The notes beneath the pieces were generated by a model. It saw only the letters and a program-made list of their open reading frames with translations. It had not been told where the DNA came from and made no database searches. DNA of 59,379 bases, the filler included, from Platydemus manokwari (taxonomy: Eukaryota): NCBI GenBank assembly GCA_037951405.1. It is 5 parts of 5 records of this genome, joined end to end, with 100 filler letters (N's around TTAATTAATTAA, not from the genome) between each part and the next. Parts side by side here need not be neighbours in the genome. Positions count along the whole stretch, not along the records: positions 24,288 to 34,410 come from JBBMOY011166213.1; positions 34,511 to 45,554 come from JBBMOY010949973.1; 3 more parts are not named here. One strand, 5' to 3'. This document shows positions 27,290 to 40,002 of this stretch, one piece after another (positions within the stretch are counted from its first letter, which is position 1; each line of letters begins with the position of its first letter). Both the position numbers and the translations under genes were made by a program.

Positions 27290-30200
27290 TTTTTAATATA
27301 ATTATATACTTAACAAGCAAAAAAAATTTTTATAAAAATGATTAAAATAAAAATGAATTCAACTCATTTAAAATGAAATTTTTCAAAACAATTTTAGATT
27401 TATTAAAAATTTATTTAATAAAAAATGTTTTTAATTAATTTTGAATTACTTAATATTTATGATTGATTGTTTAAAATTTTTATAGGGAAATTATTTGAAC
27501 CTTACAGTCAAAACTATATAATACTTAAAATAAAAATAAATAACATTTTTGTCACTGATATGTTTTAAATAATATTTTTAAAATCAATAAATCAATGTTG
27601 TTTGAAATAATAATGAATATATATATATTTCACAAACCCTGAATACAGTAAAATTGTGATTCAAAAATTGAATCTTTCGATGTGGATTGACTCAGATATC
27701 ACAGAAATTGATGTTTTAATATATCAAATTTCCTCAATGTAAAAGCGATTAATGGAAACCAGTATATCGTATTCCAATTGATTGGTTTCATGTTTCACGG
27801 TCGACCGATGATACAGATTCGCATTCATGTTTTGAAATAATGGTCCAATTTAAGTTTAACTATTCTGGTGTTGCAAATTATTATTAATTTTTTTATCTAT
27901 ATATTATGGATAATATTAAAATTTCTGATATCATTTCAGTTGCTATTGCCAATACGACTTGTCTTACCAATGTGTTTTGCAATCGTTAATCCAATATGAA
28001 CTCTAGTCAGATTCAAAAGGAATTATAAATATATAAACTTATTCAAATAAAATTCAATTTTTTGAAATAATAAAATGATATCTTTTAAAATTAATCTATT
28101 TTTAGAAATCTTTTTAAAATCATCACGTTATTTTAAATAAAATAAAAATTAATTTAATGTATTATATGTTGTGATTTTTATTAATAATTTAAAAATAATT
28201 TAATCTCAATACATTTTAAATGAAATTTTAAAAATTTAAGTCTTTTTAAATTTTATTCAATAATTATTTAAAAAATATGGTAATATTTATATTTAAAAAA
28301 TATCAAATTAATAATGTTTTAAATAATTTTAAGATTATTATTTTTCTTTAATTTATCTACGTTAATTTGATTAATTTTGTTTATATGTTTGTTTTATGGT
28401 CACTAAATTCCACCGTATCTTTCGAACGCTGTGTAATCATTTATGGTATGATTTATATCAAGAGTCGATCCATAGTTGCTTTTATTCATGAAAATAAACT
28501 TATTATTTATGAAGTCTGTTGTATGTTATAATAAATTAATCAATTCACTGATAATAGTAAAATTTAAAATGTCTCACTACTTGTTTATGAATAAATAAAT
28601 CACCGAATTTCAGCAAATAAATTGAGAGCAATTTTAAGAACAGTTACAAAGCATCTTATTAAATCGAATAAAAATTTGTGTTTGTGATGAGTTTCGCTTG
28701 CTTTATATACTGTGTTCATTATCATTATTTCGAATTGTAATTAAGTATTTGTTATGTGAGTTTTGAGAAATATTCAAGTTCTCTTTATTATTTCAATTAT
28801 AATTTAATTCTAACCATTATCTACGCCCTACTTAGATTTCTACAATATTGTACACCATTGCCGAGTGGTTAAAGTAGACATGATGTTCTTCATAAAGCAA
28901 ATTATTATAATGTTGGCGATATTATTGACATGTCACATTAAAACATTGGATAAAAAACAAGAAATTAGAACTAAGAGTATTTGCATGAAATATCAAAAAT
29001 GTTGGTTTATATTGCCATAAACTGCTTATATTGAATATATTTATACAATCATAACCAGGTATATAAGATACACGATGATCGAAAAATAAACAATAATTAA
29101 TGATATATAATCATAACAAAATTTATACTACATTGCAAAAGTATATAGAGGCATAGCTACCCACTAAAGTAGAAACTAAATTAGAAAAATTTAACAAGTC
29201 TAAATAGACTGTAATAACAGAATGTGTAAACTTAAAAATCAATGAATGAGTTTTTGTTTATATATAATTCAATAAATTCTCATATTTTTTTATTATTAAA
29301 CTAATATCTATGTTATGACCGAACACCTAATTTTCTGAAAAGATCAGATTAAGTTTAGAATTATATGATAATCTTTTTTATATTTGCCTATTATTCGTTA
29401 TCATGCTTATCATAGTCGTACATTTTTCATTTGTTCTTTGAAAAATATTAAAATTTTGATTCTATCTGATTTACTTTTTTGATAACACAACAAGCAAACT
29501 TTAAAATAATATGAAATATAAATAAAATATCAATCTTAAAAATAAAACAGTAGTCAAAAACTTGGTTGGTTAGTAAATAATAAAAGTGAATAAACGAATG
29601 ATAATAGTAAATATTTATTTTACGAAAGACACGTCATAGTAACCAGACAGGTCACTATAAAAACCGCTGGGGCAGTAAATAAAAATAAGTGAATAAGAAC
29701 AATTGATCAACCAATCCAAGATGAGTCAGGCATGTTTAAAAATGCTATAGCAGCAGCTACTGAATCGTAAAAAAAATGGCACAAAAAGTTAACGCAACAA
29801 TGGAAAATTTACAAACCATCAAAGTTATCATTGTAACTTAATAATTTATTGATTATAAAATAAAAATGTTTTATTGCCTGATCCCATTATTTATTCTATA
29901 ACAACTCACAATCTACGCTTTGAAACTACTAAGAGCTCATATCTCAGGCCTGGTAGCATCAATAAATAAACAAGATATTTGAGAAATATCCACTACAACT
30001 GAATGGTCAAATTAATTGGTCTTCGTAAGATTTTTGTTATTTCCTCCTAAAACTATTTTTACGACCTCATATTTCCTTATAAAATCTTTTCCCAGAATTA
30101 TTATAGTGGATTCGAATCAATTATTATATCGTCCTTTCTTCGATTCATTTATACAATTACTGTTGGCGATTATGATTGTCTTATTAACCAAGTCATGTCA

Positions 30201-31121
30201 ATCAATTTAAATAACTTATGAAATATAAGATAATAATCATAGTTGTATTAACACAGAACAAACGGTACAATTATCATTGACGCATTCAATCTTATGTCAA
30301 TTTACTGATAGATTGGATTCACAACTAGCTAACTGGTAGAATTCGGACAAAAATTAAAATTCCAGGAAAATCATAGATATTAGTAAATTGTATTAATCGG
30401 AATAATGAAAATAGTGGCTACTGTCGAATTTAAATTATTTGATAACGATTATTTTTATATACTCCAAAGTTCCACTATGGACATTCCCATAATTATGTTC
30501 TCAAATCTTATTCAAAAACCTTGATGATACTACTGATTTCAACAAATCCGTCATTTTAATCTTATAAACTGGGAGTAAAAATCCCTTTATACACGTGGGG
30601 ATTTAATATTGTTTGTTGTATGTTTTCATTTGTGGCTGCGACATTTAAAACGAACCTTCGATGTTTGATAATTATTCAACATCATTAATATTCCATTATT
30701 CATAAATTCGATCATAATAAACACGAACATTTCACAACCAACTTTAACAAACAGTGAAATTGTAAATTACCGGGACGATATTGTTTAAACAAATTAAATT
30801 TATGAAATAAATATCGAAGGAAGATTGTGTCAACTAATTCCAGGTGACTTCAGAAGTGATTTTATTCACCTCAATAAGCGTGTCAATCAATTTATCAGAA
30901 CAAATCCACAAATTTAAATTTCTTTTGATATGGCGCATTTTTGAAAAATTATGATATTTCGTTTTACAAAGATTTTCAAATCATAAAAATTCCAATTTAT
31001 TTAATCATTAATAATAATTATTATCCTTGAGATTTATCGGTGGTATTGCGTGGATTCCATTTCGAATTCTAAACAAATTATTTCTTTAAATATTCTTCAT
31101 AGGAATTAATTTTAATTACCT

Positions 31122-34042
31122 TTAATCATTTAAATCAATAGTTTTGTTTCCATTTTGTCCTTCGATGTTTGAGTCAGTAGAAATGATTTTCCAAATTATT
31201 TCCGCACAATTATCGATTAACTTGTTCATTGGAAGCCCATTAATATAATTCTGATAATAAATCATTTAACAATAGAAAGAGAAAAATATTTCTCACAGAG
31301 AATTTTTTGAATTTCTGGGGAATATTTTTCCTAGTTTTGAAATCATTGATAAAGTTTTGCAAATTGACGTCGTCAGTGTGGTAATCATTTAGAATTTTTA
31401 TAATATTTTCATGCCATTTATTTCGATTGATGAGTTTCCACTTTTCAAGTGGTAAGACCGATTTGTCATTTGTAGAATTTGAATCTTTATTTACTTGTAA
31501 TGATTCTAGTAGAAAATCATCATGGAGAATGAACAAATAATAGATTATTAGATGAATACTGATGACAGATTAACATTAATAAATTTTATAATTTTCAATG
31601 GAAAATTTATATTGAAAATGAGTTTCCTATGTTCACATGTGCGGAAATTGAGATGGTAGCGTTTAATATAACAGTAATCTTTAAAAACCGTGTTCCAAAA
31701 TATCAAGTTATTGGAATGATAATATCACCGATTATTATTTTGATAACTATTTATAGCACAAGTTTAGAAGGATAACAGTAAATTTTTTATGAACAATAAA
31801 ATATACCTATTTATCAGATCCAAAACAAAATAAAAAATATTTATAATTAATATTATATATCAATATTCAAATATAAACACAAATAATTAAGCGGAATAGA
31901 TAACACAAAAATAAACACAAACAACTATAATAATTAATAGAAAAATGATGCAAAAAAGCTGGGAATGAAAAATATAAACTAATCAGACGGAATGAACTCG
32001 AAAGAATTTTATTGACATACGGTGAATAAACGGAACAAACCAATTATACACGGGCATTGAAATCAATATTTAATAATATAAAAAAACATTTGAATATTTC
32101 AAGAATATAATTGAAAAGATATTACAATTTAATAACACGAAAACTATTGGTGATTGGTTCAAGATTAACTGTTCTCATTTCCTGGTTATTCGGGATAAAA
32201 TTAAACACACACGTACACACACATACATATAAATTAGTTTATTTGTTATTTCTTTTCTTATTTATTTTTTTATTCTTAAATATCCATATACATACATTCT
32301 AAAATCTACAATAAACTTATCCATAAACTTCTATCGTATTTGTGATCTTAATAAGTCAGTCAGTTTACTCTTTTATAAATCTGTGCGTTTTAAATAAACT
32401 AATAAGTAGTTTATACAAGTAGTATATATTTATTCAATTATAAATGTTTCTCGAAGAAAAGCTAAAATCTACAAAAGCACAAAACCTATATTCAAAAACT
32501 ATAAACGAGTAAGCATCACTAATTGATCACAAAATATTTCCCAAAATATCAAAACGATTCATATAAATACAGTAAAAAGTTCCACATTTAAGTCACAGAA
32601 ATACACTAATCTAGTACAATCCTTAATTAATATCACTCTCATCGAGAAATCGATCCGCCATTTACTATTGGTTATTATTATTTCGTTTAATATAATTGAA
32701 ACAAATTAAAAAATTTTCAAATAAAATAGAATATTAAGCAATTTACAATCAATTTTATTACAATTTTAAGACACAGCATGGGATCGGCCACCAATTCTAG
32801 TGGAAATCGTTATAAAAATGTATAATATTTGGTTTATAACTAATTTTGAGTTATTTTGAATTTATTTTTAAAACCACATAAAAATCATTATTTATTCCTG
32901 AAATAGATGTTTTGATATCAACACAATTCAATTGTATTTATCAATATAAGTGTATATTTAAAAGAATTTTTCATACCATTATCCAATGCTGTTTTGTTTT
33001 CGTTCTGCGGTTCTGATATATTCATCTGATTAACATCGATCTTAGAAATAATCTCCCAAATAATTTTCGAACAACCTTCTATCTTTCGACTTTCAGGAAT
33101 AGTTCCGATATAATTCTATAATTCCATGTAACTAATCAATTAGAAATTAAAGCAATTATTATTACACGAAATTTCTTTTCTTTCTGCGGTATATTTGTAC
33201 GAGTTTTTAATAAATTTATGACAATTCTCAAATTTTCATTATGAGTCTGATAATTAGCTAGAATCTCAGTAACTGCTTCATTCCAACGTTCTGCTTTGTT
33301 ACCAATTATTTGAAGCTTCTCTGTTTTCGTATTTCCATTTTCATTAGAATCACCAATTTTACATTTCTTTACTTGCAATTCATCACAAATTGTCTGTTCT
33401 ATATCGATAAAAACGTATAAAAATATTTACAAATATATTATCAACCATCTGCATTTAATCGTTTGTTGGATGGTTGTTCCATCGTTTCGAGCGTATCATT
33501 AATATCCGTGTGCAACTTCTTTATAAATACTTTAAATAATTCATGTGAAGAAATATAATCCCACAGTAATTTCCCAAAATTGGGTACATGTTTATTTGGG
33601 AAATTTGATTCAATGAAGTTCTGAAAAGATTAGGATTTCATTAAATTTCAAGTTTCTTTGTCTTACGTGAAATTTATCTTCTTTTCGAGGAACATTTTTT
33701 CTTTCCTTTAAAGCATTTATGATGCATTTCAAATATTCATCTGTTGTATCATAGTTATCTAATATTTTGATTAAAACATCATTCCATTTATTTTGATTGA
33801 GGATTTTTTGGTTATTATTTTTAATAATATTACTAGATTTAGCTTCAATGACTTCAGAATTAGCTGGTTCATTATTTTTGCTTAACAATAATTCACTTAA
33901 ACCGAGTTTAAGAGACGACTTACTAAACTTCACCATTTCCATTAATGGAAGTATTGTCGATATTACATTTATGCTTCATAACTTTATTTTTTGATAAAGG
34001 CATTTCGCAATTCATGCACCGAAACATAATTTTTGAAGACAT
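31122..34042 (-). CDS. LYAR-derived protein of about 405 aa: one C2HC zinc finger plus three tandem LYAR middle domains; exons 34042-33924, 33880-33667, 33620-33446, 33398-33166, 33115-32977, 31505-31297, 31250-31122
   Basis: N-terminus MFRCMNCEMPLSKNKVMKHKC resembles LYAR finger 1; three copies of W...I..IL.....L....N.P(R/Q)K..KF.N(F/Y)I....W..IS; all six introns are GT-AG with consistent phases (1218 nt total). Confidence 0.75.
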
Positions 34043-34410
34043 TAAATTATGGCTAAATCAAATTGTTCGCTATATAGTTTATTCCTTTAAACAATGAACA
34101 ATTTGATTTTGAAAACCATTCGAAATATAAAATTTAAATAAATTTATTTTTGATTTTACAATTCAACTTTAATTATTTAAATTTCCTTAATTTGCTTCAA
34201 ATATAAAATACCAAATAAACTTAAACGAAATTGGAAATTAGTTTTTGTTGAAAAAATAATTAGTAAATAATAATGTTTATCTATGAATTATAATTTATTA
34301 ATATATTAATTTCATGAAATATATTATCGGTTTAAATAGCTATGAAGAAAATTTTGTTGTCTAAAGTTATTTAATATCATTAAGGAATTTATGTCTAAGT
34401 AATATTTATG

Positions 34411-34510
34411 NNNNNNNNNNNNNNNNNNNNNNNNNNNNNNNNNNNNNNNNNNNNTTAATTAATTAANNNNNNNNNNNNNNNNNNNNNNNNNNNNNNNNNN
34501 NNNNNNNNNN
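34411..34510. other. Artificial contig spacer
   Basis: N44-TTAATTAATTAA-N44. Confidence 0.97.
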
Positions 34511-34708
34511 CCACATGCTCAACCCCTGCAGCACACACCACTGCGACGATCGTCTTCCTTGAACCACCACATGCTCAACCCCTGCAGCACACACCACTGC
34601 GACGATGGTCTTCCTTGAACCACCACATGCTCAACCCCTGCAGCACACACCACTGCGACGATGGTCCTCCTTCAACCACCACATGCTCAACCCCTGCAGC
34701 ACACACCA
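34511..34708. repeat. GC-rich 56-bp tandem repeat (3.5 copies visible, truncated by gap)
   Basis: Unit CCACATGCTCAACCCCTGCAGCACACACCACTGCGACGATCGTCTTCCTTGAACCA starting at 34511, 34567, 34623, 34679. Confidence 0.95.
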
Positions 34709-35497
34709 AGCCATCCTTATTCATTCCTTATTACATTCAATAAACCATGCAATAGCATTCATACTAATATTCACCATATAATAAACCATTTACATATAAG
34801 AAACAGTTGTAGAGCCATTTCTCTTATTTCTTCCCACCACCACTCTCCAATGCTCATCAAGCTCCAATATTCCTGTGTTATTTCTGGTTAGGGCTCTCAT
34901 TGCTTGAAGATGTATAATCATATTTTGCCATGAATCTGGATGTATTTGTGTTGAATAATCTATACTTTCTTGTTATCTTATATGATTTATCTTATATTGA
35001 TTTATAAGTATAAAATTATATTGCTCTATTTCCATAATTATACTCAACAATGACCTATTATTATACAATGTTATAATGTTCAACACGTCTGTTTGTGAGT
35101 ATTATTTTTAAATTATATTTTTCAAATATTTAGAAAAGAGAATTATATAACAATATATATACGGAATAGATAATCTATTTTCATTGCATATTTCATAACC
35201 ATATACTGGTTGTGAAAACTCGATTTCAAGTAATTCATTCAGCTCTATTCATTCATATGGTTTTGTGTTTAAAATTCTGATTATGTTTGTGTTTAATAAA
35301 TCAAATTTCATCACTAGCATTTCAATATTATCTTTAACAACAAAATAATGTTTCTTTCCTCTTTTATTCAATAATAAATAATTGATTTATTCAATGATTT
35401 GTGATCAAATTTGGTTGTTTTAATTCGATATTCACAGTTGCCAATTAATTAATGATCTCACTATTTATTGATTGATTATTGATTGTATTTATTTCAG

Positions 35498-35607
35498 ATG
35501 CACAACCTCATCATCAAGCTACTCGATCATCCGCATCGTCTTCTGAATCATCATCATCAGACCGTTCTGATTCCTCATCTTTAGATTCTGAGAAGAGTAT
35601 CAGCTGA
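35498..35607 (+). CDS. Possible Ser-rich terminal exon of an unidentified gene
   Basis: Acceptor TTATTTCAG then (D)AQPHHQATRSSASSSESSSSDRSDSSSLDSEKSIS*; upstream exons not identified. Confidence 0.3.
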
Positions 35608-38600
35608 TTCGATTTTATTTGTAGTATTTATTATCATCATGATGTATATTGAAATATATTTATTTTTAATTTCATCATCGATTTTTTGTCCATTACCATC
35701 AGTTGTGTTTTTAGTTTACATATGCTTTTCTTTCGGTCCGAAAATGTTCATTTTTTCATTATTTAATATTTATATGGCTTTCTATTTTTTTTTCCATTTT
35801 TAATTATTATTTCAATTACAATATATTCATTATGTTTGGCTTCAAGAAAAACATATCACAAGGAAACACGGATGTGTGTGTATGTGTGTTGGTTATATCT
35901 GTCTTGTGATAGTTGATGAAGTTGTTCGGCAAATTGTTGTTCGCGGTTGTTTATTTTGTATAAAAATATGCACTTGTAAGTTTTTTTTTCAAATTCATTG
36001 TTATTATTTCGCAAAAAGACAGTAGTTCTAATTTCTGTATTTCTAATTGAATGTGTTTCTTGTATTTGCTCATTGTACATGTCACATGATGCCTTGAGTT
36101 TCTTTAATTGTGTTGATTTGTATTTTATACTACTTTTATGATAGCTAGACTTTGTAAATTTCAATATAGATATCTATATATTAAATTGTAAATTTCAATG
36201 CAAGTAAAAATATAAATTTTCATGGGCTCGAAAGAAGTTTGTTATAAAATTTCAATTTCTCAGCACGTGAGAAATCACAGTTTGGGTTTTTTGTCATTAA
36301 GTGTTGAAATTTTATTTTCATTTTGATAATTTTTTAAGATAACTATTTTAATTTAATGAAATATAATTGGTTAATTTTTCAAAGCTTATGTGTAAATAAA
36401 TTTTATTAATTTTGTTATGAATGGAAGTGTTTTTGACATATAATGGTTGCGTATGGGTAATAAGCCACTGGTAATTTTAGATTTTCATACTGGTATGAAT
36501 TTATAGTAGCAACACCAAGCTATATTAGATTTTAGGTGAAATCCGACAAGTATAATTGTTATATTTTGTGATTTTGGATGGTTGTGATTAAATGATTACA
36601 AATGTAATGTAGTGTTTTAGTATTTATAAAATAATACCTATAATATTTATTAAATTAATATAAATGAATATCGAAATTTTAAAGATAATTTCCATTCGAT
36701 AACCTTAGATGGTTTGAATTTTATCATGTACTCGGTGTGCGTGGATCTATTTATGTATTAATCTATTATCCTGAGGCAAAAACATTAAAAGTTCATGATT
36801 TTGTCCTTTTTAAAATTAAGCTGAGCTTAAAGTTAGAAATGCACAATCATAATAGAAAGAAAGTAATACATTGTAATAAGATATCAATTATCATCCATAT
36901 TGTAAATTGATTAACGATAGAAATTTAAAAAACCACAAATGTATCTTAACCAAGGTGTTTAACACAATATTTTGCATTTAACTTAAGCAAAGTTATTATG
37001 CATGCGAGTAACCCAATTTTCAATTAAAAGAAATCTATTTATTTAAATATATGATCATTAATACTTGTTATAAGGTTAATATAATTGAAATATTTTAACA
37101 CTAGAAAAAGCTCCATGGAAACTATATCAGTTTTCGTGATGTTGAGTATAACACCTTTTGTCACATAGTTCCAATGAATGTTACATCCTTGACGTAAATG
37201 TAATATAGAGCGAGATTATGAGTACGTTTCTAATTTCTATCAAATTGTACATTATCCAGATAAATCACTTATGAAAATGAAGGTAATTAAATTTTATTAT
37301 TATCATAGTACAAATCTCAGAATTTATTTAGTTAATAATAAAATAATTAATCATCGAAATCGAAATTCAAAATGAGGTGTCATCGACTTTTATTGGTAAA
37401 GGTGAATTATTTTGAAAGTTGAAGAAAATGGAACCACTTCTAATCCAATAAAAAAAATTTGAGATTTTAATTTTATTTTAAAGTGCATAAGATTCTACAT
37501 GTTAAAGATTTGATAATTTTTTAGAAAATTTAGTCGAATGTTTTAGGATCTTTAACTTCATAATGTAAAGTCCAGCCGATGAAATTGTTGCTTCTAAATA
37601 ATCCCAGAATTATATAATCGAATAATATTTAAAATATAAATACTAATATTACAATCAATAACAATTAAGACAACTCGATAAATATATTAAATTTTTTAGA
37701 TAAAATTTTAAACAACTAGATTAATAATAACCTTTTGATCGAAAAATAACAGTAAAGCGATTGCAGCCAGGATTCTCGATTACGCCTCTATAAAAATTGA
37801 AGGTGTCTCGTCATTTACTCGTCATGATTTTAAATATTTTCGGAATAACTGAAATAGCAAATATCGAAACGGATATGAAAATTGTCCAATGATAATAATA
37901 AAATTCGTTCGGATAACTGTTCTAAGAATTTTATACGATTGAAAACTTGCACAATTTAGTTCTATGCAGTCTTATACTTAAAAATTTTTTGTGACTAGAT
38001 GGACAAATTTCACTCGCCCATAAAATGTTTCGATTTATTCTATTTTTAAGTTTCATGCGTCAAGATGCTATTTTCAGTAAAGTTCTATGTTTAGTGTCAT
38101 GTGTTACTATTTTGAGGTCTCTGATGTATTTGTTATTATTTTAGTTATCATTTATAATGACCTTTATTGCTATTTTATTTTTATACTTGCTGTAAATTCT
38201 ATTTTTTCTACTTATGAGTTTGAGGTCGGTCAAACAATTTTTAATTTTGATACGTTTAAATAAATTTAAATTTTTTATGGTTTTTGAGTTTGTGTTCATT
38301 GTACTTTAAAAGTTTATAACGTTTATTTCTGTACAAAAAATTATAATATATTTGATAATTTTTTAAGTTTTTTTGGTCTCAGATGGTTCCCAAAACGCCT
38401 ATACGTTTATAATATTTTTCAACTTCTTACGTACGACAATTGTGCTGTTCTTTTGTTGTAGTAATATTGTTAGTGAGTTCTTCATAATAATACCTTTTAC
38501 AACATTCAAGCAATACTAAAGTATTAGAGATATTTAAATAACAAAAACCAGAGTACTTCATTTAAACAAAAACCTTTAAAAAAATTAAATCAAATAAGAA

Positions 38601-40002
38601 ATCCAAATGCATAGAAATTCGCCACTAATAAGTTAAATCCAGAATGTACTAAATAAATTCCACAGTCTCTCAGAAAAAGAACAATAATTTTAAGTTATTC
38701 CAAAAAACATCAGCGAATAAGACATTATCTAACAGAATATGTTAAAAAACAGTTAACTATGACTCATTTGAAAAAAGTGAAACTATTAAACTATTAGCTG
38801 AAAATTTTTTTCTTGTCTGAAATTAAAGCAGTGTTATTTCACTAGTGTGTTTAAGTGGCATATATCCAGTGTTTAATGGATGACAAAAGTTACATTTCAT
38901 TTTATAATATCATTATTTAAACTCGATGTATTTTCTTTAAATTAATTTCCATGAAAAATGATACTACTCGAAGAAGACGAAGGAATGCTGGCATTGATAG
39001 GGAAATTTATTTATGTGCCCAAACTTTGTACTTTGGTTTCGTATTATTTATCATTTTACTTATAATATTTCAATATATTTCATAATCATAATCTTTTACA
39101 TCCGTTATATTGTTTTATGTAATATCACTCAGTAGCATATATATATGTATTGTTATAGTTATTCCCAATACCAACGGTACTTTAATTTTTGAATTCGATA
39201 AAGTAAAAGTTCGGATATTTGGATTTGTTTTAAATTTTACAAGCATTTAAAGACAGCCATCTGTTTGGTATAAATTATAAACTGTGGAAATATATTACTG
39301 TTCGGATCATAATATAGCGTTTTTTGATTAATGAAAAGATGTATATTGAGCAGTGAAAATTAGAGATTTATTCACTCGACAATTCTATTATTTGTCTTCT
39401 TGCAACGTGACGTATAAGAATTCTTGAATCTGTAATTGAGATGTCTCATAACAGATACATTATTATTAAAAATCTGCTCAAATCAGTACAATTGTCGATG
39501 AAATTAGAAAAGGAATTATCGACGCATCAATTAATTAGAAAGCGACAGTTTTAAGTCATTGTGTTATTTAATTGTCATTAAATCGCTTCAGTTGCTGAAA
39601 CAGTTTTTTACAATTCAATGGAGTCAATTGAAATCGGTGTCTTTGGTCTTTTTAATTAAATAAATTGTTGATGAACTTATGTTGTTCTGGGACTGTTATT
39701 CGATATTAAATATCATTGAGTGGTAATCAATATTGGACAACTATTTTCGAAAGTACCACTTTAATTATTTCTTTAATTTCATTCGCTACATCATGTCAAA
39801 TTGCAGTTTAACGAATCATCAAAGAACTGAGCTGATATTGCTTGACATCAAATTAATATCAACACCAGAAGCACCAATCATAAAATTAATTTTTGTAGGT
39901 TAATGGTGGTAATTCACTCTTAACGGTCCAAATCTAATGCCCGATAAAAAGATTTTATAAAAATGAAAAAATAACGAAATATTTTATTATTATGTACATA
40001 TT

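Noticed and set aside
28856-28920. GCCGAGTGGTTAA, a tRNA A-box-like motif
   Set aside because: No B-box (GTTCGA) or cloverleaf follows
34511-34708. 56-bp repeats as a CRISPR array
   Set aside because: Head-to-tail units with no unique spacers, no cas genes, eukaryotic context
35856-36164. 102-codon ORF
   Set aside because: Non-ATG start, no recognisable motif or splice context
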